Source: Oscillospiraceae bacterium
GTDB lineage: Bacteria; Bacillota; Clostridia; Oscillospirales; Oscillospiraceae
Assembly (NCBI GenBank): GCA_009785345.1
Contig: WQWL01000003.1
Span: 17,331-81,330 of the forward strand
Reading direction: 5' to 3'
DNA: 64,000 bases
Shown: piece by piece, positions 28,910 to 37,063 of the stretch
Numbering within the stretch: the stretch's first letter is position 1
Layout: every line of letters starts with the position of its first letter
Made by a program: the position numbers and the translations under genes
The notes under the pieces: generated by a model
Database searches by the model: none
What the model saw: only the letters and a program-made list of their open reading frames with translations
What the model was told of the DNA's origin: nothing

Positions 28910-28970
28910 TCCGTTGCAATTATTATAGATAAAGTAGTGAATAATTTTGCTGCAATATTAGGAGGAAAAC

Positions 28971-30128
28971 ATGGTTATTGGAGTTCCAAAAGAGATACTT
29001 AATGGTGAGTTTCGAGTTTCGTCAACGCCAGAGACAGTTGCAATGATGATTAAGAACGGTGCAACTGTGTTGGTTGAGAAGGGAGCCGGTGCAGGCGCAT
29101 TTTATCCCGACGAGCAATATGTAGAGGTCGGAGCAAAAATTATTGATGACGTTGCTGATTTATATAGAGATGCAGAACTGATACTAAAAGTAAAAGAGCC
29201 GCAATTCAATGATGAAAAGAACAGCCATGAGCTAGATATGATGCATAGTGGGCAGTATTTAATAACATTTTTGCACCCTGCATCGCCGGCAAATCATGGG
29301 ATGATTCAAAAGATGGCTGATAACGGCATTATTGGATTGACACTAGACAGTATTCCACGTATTACGAGAGCACAATCTATGGATGCACTCACATCTATGA
29401 GTACTTGTGCCGGGTATAAAGGCATGCTTCTTGCAATTAATGATTTGATGAAGTTTGTACCAATGACTACTTGTGCTGTTGGTACTATTCAGCCCTGTCA
29501 AGTGCTTATTATTGGAGCGGGTATTGCCGGACTCCAGGCATTAATTACTGCAAAGCGCCTTGGTGCAGTCGTCTACGCAATGGATGTGCGTCCAGAGGCT
29601 GTTGAACATGCTGTCAGTCTTGGTGCGAAAATAATCGATACAGAAATTCCATCCGAACTTGCCATAGGTGAAGGTGGATATGCAAATAGTCTTCCGGAAG
29701 AATGGTTGGAGAAAGAGCGCGAAGTGCTCAAGAAACATCTGCCATCAATGGATATAGTTTACTGTAGTGCACTGGTTCCCGGTAAACAAGCCCCGATTTT
29801 GATTGATGAAGAGATGGTTAAGATGATGAAGCCCGGCTCTGTCATTACCGATGTATCAATCGATCAGGGCGGAAACTGTACACTTACTGTTGCCGCTGAA
29901 ACATACGTAAAACATGATGTAATAATCGGAGGAATCAAAAACATTCCAGGCATGATTCCAACCAGTTCAACATGGATGTTTGCAAACAATGTGTATAATC
30001 TAGTTGATTATCTCACGAAAGATGGCGAGTTAGTTATAGATACTAATGACGAAATCACAGAGTCAATTTTGACAACGATAAATGGTGAAATCGTTCATGC
30101 CGGGACAAGGGAGGCAATGGGTCTATGA
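28971..30128 (+). CDS. pntA: NAD(P) transhydrogenase subunit alpha part 1 (dI, NAD(H)-binding)
   Basis: 385 aa. Alanine-dehydrogenase/PNT fold with the Rossmann motif LIIGAGIAGLQA. It is followed by the small membrane alpha-2 subunit and then the beta subunit. Confidence 0.92.
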   Translation: MVIGVPKEILNGEFRVSSTPETVAMMIKNGATVLVEKGAGAGAFYPDEQYVEVGAKIIDDVADLYRDAELILKVKEPQFNDEKNSHELDMMHSGQYLITFLHPASPANHGMIQKMADNGIIGLTLDSIPRITRAQSMDALTSMSTCAGYKGMLLAINDLMKFVPMTTCAVGTIQPCQVLIIGAGIAGLQALITAKRLGAVVYAMDVRPEAVEHAVSLGAKIIDTEIPSELAIGEGGYANSLPEEWLEKEREVLKKHLPSMDIVYCSALVPGKQAPILIDEEMVKMMKPGSVITDVSIDQGGNCTLTVAAETYVKHDVIIGGIKNIPGMIPTSSTWMFANNVYNLVDYLTKDGELVIDTNDEITESILTTINGEIVHAGTREAMGL

Positions 30129-30445
30129 GTCCAATAATATCGATTGCTATATTTGTAGTTTCAGCAGTAGTTGGCTATTTCTTGATAAAGCACGTTCCAA
30201 GCTTACTGCACACACCACTCATGTCAGGAATGAATGCACTGTCCGGCATTACGCTTCTTGGTGCAATAATTGCGGTAACAAGTGCAGTACATACAGGCAG
30301 TGTGATTGTCGCATATATTGCGGTTTTCCTCGCAATGGTGAATATTGCTGCAGGCTTTTCTGTGACACATCGTATGCTTCGTATGTTTAATAGGAATAAA
30401 TCTTCGGGTGGAGCGCAGCATAAAGAAAGCCGAGGTGATAACTGA
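30125..30445 (+). CDS. NAD(P) transhydrogenase subunit alpha part 2 (membrane)
   Basis: 106 aa with three hydrophobic helices (LHTPLMSGMNALSGITLLGAI). Overlapping start/stop codons with both neighbours. Confidence 0.88.
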   Translation: MSPIISIAIFVVSAVVGYFLIKHVPSLLHTPLMSGMNALSGITLLGAIIAVTSAVHTGSVIVAYIAVFLAMVNIAAGFSVTHRMLRMFNRNKSSGGAQHKESRGDN

Positions 30446-32361
30446 TGAATGAAACGAGCATTATTTTCTACATTATTAGTGGTCTTGTGATTTTCGGCAC
30501 ACTTGTTGGCATTGCAATGATGAGCAAAGTCAAAACTGCGGTCATGGGCAATAAGATTGGTGCAATATCTATACTTGCCGCTATACTCCTTACGCTTTGG
30601 TATAACAACATACTTACAGTTATCCCACTTATGGTGGTTATGGTTGCAAGTCTTATTTTCAGTGTGTGGTGGTCATCGAGAGTAAAAATGATTGCCATGC
30701 CACAAATGGTTGCACTGCTCAATGGTATTGGTGGAGTAGCGTCTGCAATTGTCGGTGCTGTGTTTTTAGTTGGGATTGGCGAAGAGCCTACGGTATTTAC
30801 AGATATTACATCCGGACTTGCAATTACTATTGGTATGATTACATTTTTTGGAAGCATGATTGCAGTTGGTAAACTCAGTGGAAAACTCGGTCAAAAACCT
30901 GTGATTTTGCCTCTACACCAATTCCTTACAACGGCATTATTAGTGTTGTCATTTATCATGGTCGGAATCATTGCATGGGGTGGCTTGGAGCTATGGATTG
31001 CTCTACTGTTGATTTCTGCTCTTAGTGCAGCATTTGGCATTGTTTTTTCAATACGTATTGGTGGAGCGGACATGCCAATAACGATTTCTCTACTCAACTC
31101 AATGACAGGTGTGGCTTTGTCAGCTGCCGGTATGTCAGTCGGGGATCCAATGCTCATTGCTGTTGGTGGTATCGTCGGTGCTGCAGGTTTAATTCTCACA
31201 CAAATTATGTGCAAAGGCATGAATCGCAGCCTGCTCGAAATCATAATGGGCAAAACTACCGTTGCCGGTACAACCACTGAAGTGGCAGCGTCATCTGCAT
31301 CAAATGTTGATGAAGTGGGTCTGGCAAGTTGTGTCTCACAATTAAAAGATGCAAAAAGAGTTCTTATTGTACCCGGATATGGAGTAGCCCTTTCAGGTGC
31401 TCAAAATGCTTTAAAATCACTCTCTGATGCATTAGAAGAAAATGGCGCAAAAGTTGATTTTACAATCCACCCTGTGGCAGGGCGCACAGCAGGGCATATG
31501 AATGTTTTACTAGCCGATGCTGATATACCTTATGAAAAATTGCGTGAGACAAGAAGTTTGGACTCTGAAATCAATCAATATGACGTCGTTGTAGCTGTAG
31601 GCGCGAATGATATTATCAATCCTGCTGCTATTACCGCAAAGGATACAGCTATTTATGGTTTGCCGATATTGAACATTGAGAATGTAAAGCAAGTAATACT
31701 ATGTAATCTCGACACAAAACCAGGGCGTGCAGGTGTGAGTAGCCCTCTATATACGAAAGATAATGTCACACTCTTACTCGGCGATGCGTCTGAAACTGTA
31801 GGTAAATTAGCAGACAAGCTGAGTGCCAGACTAAAGACAAATGATATTTCGGTCGAAGTTGAAAAAGCAAGCAAGTTGCTCACAGAAGCAAAAAAAGTTA
31901 TTATTATCCCCGGATATGGAATGGCACTTGCAAACGCTCAAGGCTTAGTTCGTGAGCTATCAGATAAGCTAGAGAAAAAGGGAACATCTGTAGATTTTGC
32001 AATCCATCCTGTAGCCGGTCGTATGCCAGGACATATGAATGTTCTGCTTGCTGAAGTGGATATATCCTATGACAAATTGCGTGAAATGAACGATATTAAT
32101 CCGGAGTTCGCCAATTGTGACGTATGTGTTGTTGTAGGAGCAAATGATGTTATAAACCCTGCTGCTCGCGATGCTGTGGGCACTCCGATTTATGGAATGC
32201 CAATACTTTCTGCAGACGAAGCAAAACATGTCATAATATGTAATTATGACACAAAGCCCGGCTATGCAGGCGTCGATAATCCTCTATATACGAGTGATGC
32301 AGTCACCCTTTTACTCGGAGACGCCGCAAAAACATTGAAAGACCTAATTGGCAGACTGTAA
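30445..32361 (+). CDS. pntB: NAD(P) transhydrogenase subunit beta with a duplicated C-terminal dIII domain
   Basis: 638 aa. A membrane dII domain of about 270 aa is followed by two consecutive dIII-like units (aa ~292-462 and ~470-638), each with PGYG, HPVAGR..GHMNVLLA, GAND.INPAA and LLLGDA motifs. Confidence 0.9.
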   Translation: MNETSIIFYIISGLVIFGTLVGIAMMSKVKTAVMGNKIGAISILAAILLTLWYNNILTVIPLMVVMVASLIFSVWWSSRVKMIAMPQMVALLNGIGGVASAIVGAVFLVGIGEEPTVFTDITSGLAITIGMITFFGSMIAVGKLSGKLGQKPVILPLHQFLTTALLVLSFIMVGIIAWGGLELWIALLLISALSAAFGIVFSIRIGGADMPITISLLNSMTGVALSAAGMSVGDPMLIAVGGIVGAAGLILTQIMCKGMNRSLLEIIMGKTTVAGTTTEVAASSASNVDEVGLASCVSQLKDAKRVLIVPGYGVALSGAQNALKSLSDALEENGAKVDFTIHPVAGRTAGHMNVLLADADIPYEKLRETRSLDSEINQYDVVVAVGANDIINPAAITAKDTAIYGLPILNIENVKQVILCNLDTKPGRAGVSSPLYTKDNVTLLLGDASETVGKLADKLSARLKTNDISVEVEKASKLLTEAKKVIIIPGYGMALANAQGLVRELSDKLEKKGTSVDFAIHPVAGRMPGHMNVLLAEVDISYDKLREMNDINPEFANCDVCVVVGANDVINPAARDAVGTPIYGMPILSADEAKHVIICNYDTKPGYAGVDNPLYTSDAVTLLLGDAAKTLKDLIGRL

Positions 32362-32428
32362 AGCCGATTAGGTAGAATGGAAAGTCTCAGTTTTCATGAC
32401 AGTTTTGTGCCTAAGAAATCCGAAAGGA

Positions 32429-33337
32429 ATGATTATTAGTTTGAAAAATGAGAAAGCAAATGCTAAGAAGCAAATATTACTGTATGGTTCGGCGTTTCTT
32501 GCAGTGTTTCTCTGGGCTTCTGCGTTCCCCGGCACAAGATATGCCTTAAATTACTATAGTCCTGTTTCACTAATGGTAATGCGCTTTGTCATCGCATCCG
32601 TAACCTTGATAATTATTGGTCTTGTTAAAAAAATTAGACTTCCAAAACTTAAAGATATCCCAATGTTCTTTGCAAGTGGATTTTCCGGAATTTTCCTATA
32701 CTCGTATTTATTTACCACCGCATCCATAACTGTATCAGCTGGGGTCAGCAGTTTCATTATTGCTGCATCACCCATTTTTACCATGATATTCTGCCGAATT
32801 TTCCTGAAAGAAATCGTCAGACCAATAGGATGGATTGGTGCTATTATTAGTTTTTGCGGACTTGCAGCTATCACGCTTACTCAAGTCGCTGAGTTCTCTT
32901 TTGACATTGGGTTAATACTCATTATTTGTGCAGCCGTTTGCTCTGGTGTATATAGTTTCATAATAAGAATTATAACGAAGCAGTACACGGCTCTTGAGGC
33001 AACAACATATACAATGGTTGCCGGTTCAATTGGCACCTTGCTGTTTTTGCCGACAGCAATTCAAGAGATACCCGACTCTACGTTATTTGTAAACCTTGTT
33101 GTTGTATTTATGGGTGTGTTTCCTGCGGCCATAGCCTATCTAACATGGAGTTACGCTCTGGCAAAATCAAAAATGACCGCACATGTTACGGTATTCTCAT
33201 ACCTTATTCCATTCATGTCAGCTCTAATTGCTTTTGTATGGCTTCATGAAATGCTCTCGATATTTACACTTGTCGGTGGTGTTGTGATAATATTTGGGAT
33301 GTTGCTGACAAACTTATATAATACTAAACACAAATAA
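32429..33337 (+). CDS. EamA/DMT-family transporter
   Basis: About 10 TM helices in two EamA-like halves. Start set at the ATG after GAAAGGA; a TTG 12 nt further on is also possible. The ORF track start at 32396 was not used. Confidence 0.8.
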   Translation: MIISLKNEKANAKKQILLYGSAFLAVFLWASAFPGTRYALNYYSPVSLMVMRFVIASVTLIIIGLVKKIRLPKLKDIPMFFASGFSGIFLYSYLFTTASITVSAGVSSFIIAASPIFTMIFCRIFLKEIVRPIGWIGAIISFCGLAAITLTQVAEFSFDIGLILIICAAVCSGVYSFIIRIITKQYTALEATTYTMVAGSIGTLLFLPTAIQEIPDSTLFVNLVVVFMGVFPAAIAYLTWSYALAKSKMTAHVTVFSYLIPFMSALIAFVWLHEMLSIFTLVGGVVIIFGMLLTNLYNTKHK

Positions 33338-33421
33338 AATCGTATCTACCATTTTATTTGTGTTCAGTATGACAAAGAGAGATAAAACAACATTCGTATA
33401 AACTTGAAGGAAAGGATTCTC

Positions 33422-34168
33422 ATGAAAACATTCATCGATAAACTATTGCGTAACCCTGTAACATTTGAGATTACTTCGATTTTTGTCTATGCCTTTTATT
33501 GCTTAGTTTTTGCAATTGCTTCGATTCCATCTGTTTTTATTGTGTATAGTGGCTCAATATTGTTAGATAGTAGTTTTTTGATGTTCTTAGTTTTTGCCCT
33601 AATCTGCTTCTTAGCATTTTACATATTTTTGGTATGTTCTTCCATTTTTGTTGGATTGGTCGAACGCTTGTTGACTTTGGGTTTTAAACCCGGAGCATAT
33701 TCACCAGGATCTCCTGTGTTTATGCGTTGGCTAATATACTCGGGACTGCATCTTTGGCTTGTGAATCTCGTGCTTCCGTTTTTACGCGGAAATAATTGGA
33801 TAAAGATATATTTAAGGGTAGCCGGAGCAAAAGTTGGCAAAGAAGTTTTTGTAAATACAAAGGATATTTTTGACGCATACTTGCTCGAAATTGGTAATAC
33901 CGTAGTTATAGGTGGAGAAGCATTTTTAAATTGCCACCTGTTTGAACATGGACATTTAAGGTTGGGCAAAATCGAAATTGGTGATGGCTCAACCATTGGT
34001 GCATGTGCATACCTCACACCCGGAACACGAATCGGAAAAAATAGTGCTGTAGGTATGTATACATATTTACGACGTGGGACTGAAGTTGGTGATGGTGAAA
34101 CACTAATGACACCACCGGGCATGAGTATAAGGCAGATTGTTAAGCTAATGCGAGAAGAAAAAAAATAA
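33422..34168 (+). CDS. Membrane protein with C-terminal hexapeptide-repeat (left-handed beta-helix) domain
   Basis: Four hydrophobic helices are followed by ..YLRVAGAKVGKEVFV..LLEIGNTVVIGGEAFL..GKIEIGDGSTIGACAYL..GTRIGKNSAVG, which are hexapeptide [LIV]-G-x4 repeats. Confidence 0.55.
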   Translation: MKTFIDKLLRNPVTFEITSIFVYAFYCLVFAIASIPSVFIVYSGSILLDSSFLMFLVFALICFLAFYIFLVCSSIFVGLVERLLTLGFKPGAYSPGSPVFMRWLIYSGLHLWLVNLVLPFLRGNNWIKIYLRVAGAKVGKEVFVNTKDIFDAYLLEIGNTVVIGGEAFLNCHLFEHGHLRLGKIEIGDGSTIGACAYLTPGTRIGKNSAVGMYTYLRRGTEVGDGETLMTPPGMSIRQIVKLMREEKK

Positions 34169-34225
34169 AATGTCGAAAAAGCTAAAGTTATTATATACTT
34201 ACTCCGATAACGTATATGGGAGATT

Positions 34226-34699
34226 ATGAAATTAGCTCTTTTGAAGGAGGACAATATATTGAGCATTAATATTAATGATTTTGACAACAAAAGTGCTTAT
34301 CTCAGAGCATCACTTCTTTCCGGGCAAGGTCGCTTGCAGTCAAAAAATGAATCCTTTGCAAACACATTCATGACTCATGCATTGAAAGAAAAACCAACAT
34401 TTATCGCAGACGTGCCAAGCATTAGAAATGAGAAAAAGCTTATTATGAACAAGCTTTTAGAGAGTTTTATACTTGAAAGTGAAACAAGGCGAGCTGGTTT
34501 ACTTAATAAAACAGTGCGAAATGATGAAGAGGCTTTTGATTCACTTGGACAGTGTATAGGTATTGCAAGGCGAATCCTTCGTGGCGAGGAAGTTGCTAAT
34601 GAGGAGTTGAGACTTCTAAATGAGCAATTTCCCGAATTAATCTCGGACACAGATGCTAATGCTGAAGCACTTAGTAATATCGTCGATATAACAGTGTAG
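34226..34699 (+). CDS. Hypothetical protein (157 aa, helical, acidic C-terminus)
   Basis: ORF only. No recognisable motif. The SD is weak and closely spaced. Confidence 0.35.
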   Translation: MKLALLKEDNILSININDFDNKSAYLRASLLSGQGRLQSKNESFANTFMTHALKEKPTFIADVPSIRNEKKLIMNKLLESFILESETRRAGLLNKTVRNDEEAFDSLGQCIGIARRILRGEEVANEELRLLNEQFPELISDTDANAEALSNIVDITV

Positions 34700-34735
34700 T
34701 AGTATATTAATACTAATCCCCGTCTAAAAGAAACA

Positions 34736-34773
34736 GCGTATCTGAAATTATATTTTCAATAAATCAGATACGC
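34736..34773. terminator. Bidirectional terminator between convergent genes
   Basis: GCGTATCTGA - 18 nt AT-rich loop - TCAGATACGC, with T-rich tracts after the stem on both strands. Confidence 0.6.
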
Positions 34774-34807
34774 CGTTATTTTTATAATTTAAAAGGTTAC
34801 AATAATA

Positions 34808-35875
34808 CTAATCTCCTAATGAGATTCCAAGTAAACGAGCTTGCTTTAGGAGTTCGTTATCTAACGGAATGGTTCTAAGTTTTCCTGCAACCTCACTTAA
34901 TGGAACAGCACCAATGGTATTGCCTTGTAGGGCAACCATATTACCGAATTGTCTTTGCAATACCAGTTCACCTGCCATTGCGCCGAGTCGGGAGCAAAAC
35001 ACCCTATCGTGAGGAGTCGGCTCACCGCCACGTTGGAAATGACCAGGAATTGTTAATCTTACATCTTGATTCAACCTTTCCTCAAGGTCTCTAACCAGTT
35101 GCATACCAGGGGAAACATCACCAGCTTTTCGCTCGCCTCTGTTATGTCCGACTAGTTCCTTCTTAATCGCACCTTCAGCAATAGCAATAATTGAAAAATT
35201 CTTGCCGGAATGGTTGCGCTTTTCGATAACTTCTAATACACTATCTAATGAGTATGGAATCTCAGGCAATAAAATAACATCAGCTCCACCTGCCAAACCT
35301 GCGTGCAATGCAACCCAACCAGCCTTGCGTCCCATCAGCTCACAAACAAAAATACGTCCATGTGAAGCTGCAGTAGAGTGCAGAGTATCTAGCACATATG
35401 CTGCTTTTGAAACAGCACTGTCAAATCCGAAAGAATAATCTGTACCAAACAAATCATTATCAATAGTTTTAGGTAGTGTGACCAGATTGATACCACTCTG
35501 ACTGAGGGCGTGTGCGGTTTTGTGTGTTCCGTTACCACCAAGAATAACCAACGCATCAAAACACTCTCTATGATAATTTCTAACCATCGTTGTGAGTTTA
35601 TCGGGGCTTTTGCTATCTTTATTATCGTCAGAGTTACGAATTGTTTTGAAAGGCTGTCGGGATGTACCAAGAATTGTTCCGCCTTCACGGAGGATTCCAG
35701 AAAACTCATGCTGCTCCATTTTTCGCCAGTTACAATTTATAAGTCCGGCGTAACCGTCATGAATCCCATATATTTCCACATACGGAACAGCACCGAACAA
35801 GGTTTTGGCAACACCTCGAAGCGCAGCATTTAGTCCTTGACAATCTCCGCCACTTGTAAGAAACCCAATTTTCAT
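34808..35875 (-). CDS. pfkA: 6-phosphofructokinase (PfkA family)
   Basis: 355 aa. Motifs seen: MKIGFLTSGGDCQGLNAALRG, LVILGGNGT, PKTIDNDL, MGRKAGW. Confidence 0.92.
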   Translation of the reverse strand: MKIGFLTSGGDCQGLNAALRGVAKTLFGAVPYVEIYGIHDGYAGLINCNWRKMEQHEFSGILREGGTILGTSRQPFKTIRNSDDNKDSKSPDKLTTMVRNYHRECFDALVILGGNGTHKTAHALSQSGINLVTLPKTIDNDLFGTDYSFGFDSAVSKAAYVLDTLHSTAASHGRIFVCELMGRKAGWVALHAGLAGGADVILLPEIPYSLDSVLEVIEKRNHSGKNFSIIAIAEGAIKKELVGHNRGERKAGDVSPGMQLVRDLEERLNQDVRLTIPGHFQRGGEPTPHDRVFCSRLGAMAGELVLQRQFGNMVALQGNTIGAVPLSEVAGKLRTIPLDNELLKQARLLGISLGD

Positions 35876-36255
35876 ATAAATAATTATTCCTTTCGATAAT
35901 ATAACTCCGTTAATATTTTTTCATAAATTATTACGAATCACACCCAATGTTATTCTTAGTGTAGCGAAGGATCTTCTCTTGCAATCTACAGTGTTTTTAG
36001 ATTCTTCAGTCGAAACGCTCCCTCAGAATGACATAAGTATGAAATTTCAAGTCACGTGTAATTAGTAGCAATAAATTGCACAATCGCAATTTTGAATAAT
36101 TTAAAACTAGGACTATCTACAGCTACCTTTTCGTGTTATTATTAGGATAGCACAATCGGCGTAAAACGCAAGAAGTTTTATACATAAATTTTATTATGGA
36201 AGCAACTCAAATTCAAGTTGAGCACCAAAAAACCACAAACAAAGGAGATGAGCAA

Positions 36256-36948
36256 ATGGGAAAACATATACTTATCATAGAGGATGATGGTAATATTGCC
36301 GAGCTATTGCGCCTCTATTTGGAGAAAGATGGATTTAGTGTCACTATAGCTGAAGATGGAGAAGCGGGATTAATTGCATTTGAGCAAAGCAGACCTGATT
36401 TAATACTTCTTGATATAATGTTGCCACTTCTTGATGGTTGGGGTGTATGTAAGGAAATACGCAAAGCATCTAATGTTCCAATTATAATGCTGACTGCAAA
36501 AGGAGAAACCCTTGATAAAATTACCGGTCTGGAAATGGGCGCAGATGATTATATTGTTAAACCCTTTGAAGTCGGAGAATTAATGGCACGAATACACGCA
36601 GTAATGCGTAGATTTGATGTAACCGGTGGCTCAGAAGAAAAGAAGCTGGTTTTCGACAACTTAATAATAGATATGAACTCATTTGAACTACTTGTTCATG
36701 GAAAACGTATTGAAGCACCACCAAAGGAGATGGAACTATTGTACCATCTCGCATCCACTCCAAACAGAGTGTTTACGAGAAATCAATTGCTGGATGAGGT
36801 TTGGGGCTTTGACTACTTTGGAGACTCGCGTACAGTGGATGTCCATATAAAGCGACTACGCGAAAAACTCGAGAATGTAAGTGCAAAATGGTCGCTTAAA
36901 ACTGTTTGGGGAGTAGGTTATAAATTTGAAGTCTATGGCGAGAAATAG
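36256..36948 (+). CDS. OmpR-family response regulator
   Basis: Receiver domain (ILIIEDD..LILLDIMLP..MLTAK) plus a winged-helix output domain (..DVHIKRLREKL..VWGVGYKF). The ATG is preceded by AAAGGAG; the upstream 20 codons of the ORF track were not used. Confidence 0.92.
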   Translation: MGKHILIIEDDGNIAELLRLYLEKDGFSVTIAEDGEAGLIAFEQSRPDLILLDIMLPLLDGWGVCKEIRKASNVPIIMLTAKGETLDKITGLEMGADDYIVKPFEVGELMARIHAVMRRFDVTGGSEEKKLVFDNLIIDMNSFELLVHGKRIEAPPKEMELLYHLASTPNRVFTRNQLLDEVWGFDYFGDSRTVDVHIKRLREKLENVSAKWSLKTVWGVGYKFEVYGEK

Positions 36949-36984
36949 AAGAATTCCAATTGCGATTGATGGAATCCAATTGAT

Positions 36985-37063
36985 GCACGAAATGACCATT
37001 CCTTCTCATGGTCGTTTTGTGCCAGATAGATTACTGAAAGGAATGGTCATTATAATGCTATGA
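36985..37063 (+). repeat. Leader repeat family B, copy 2 (SD-sequestering hairpin and mini-ORF in front of the histidine kinase)
   Basis: ATGACCATTCCTT (36992..37004) is perfectly complementary (13/13) to AAGGAATGGVCAT-type arm AAGGAATGGTCAT (37038..37050), which holds the only SD-like motif upstream of the kinase. ATG codons at 37043 and 37055 read in frame into a TGA at 37061..37063, which overlaps the kinase ATG (37060). Confidence 0.7.

Noticed and set aside
33619-34290. A 223-aa minus-strand ORF.
   Set aside because: It is antisense to the hexapeptide-repeat gene, whose repeats and TM helices give the plus-strand frame clear protein-like character. The minus frame is Pro/Ser/Arg-rich shadow sequence.
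35876-36255. The 380-nt gap between pfkA and the response regulator gene could hold a riboswitch or sRNA.
   Set aside because: I saw only short (4-6 bp) hairpins. There is no similarity to conserved riboswitch cores that I can recall (TPP, SAM, FMN, purine, c-di-GMP, glmS). The 11-nt tcgaaacgctc shared with 9219..9229 is within chance expectation.
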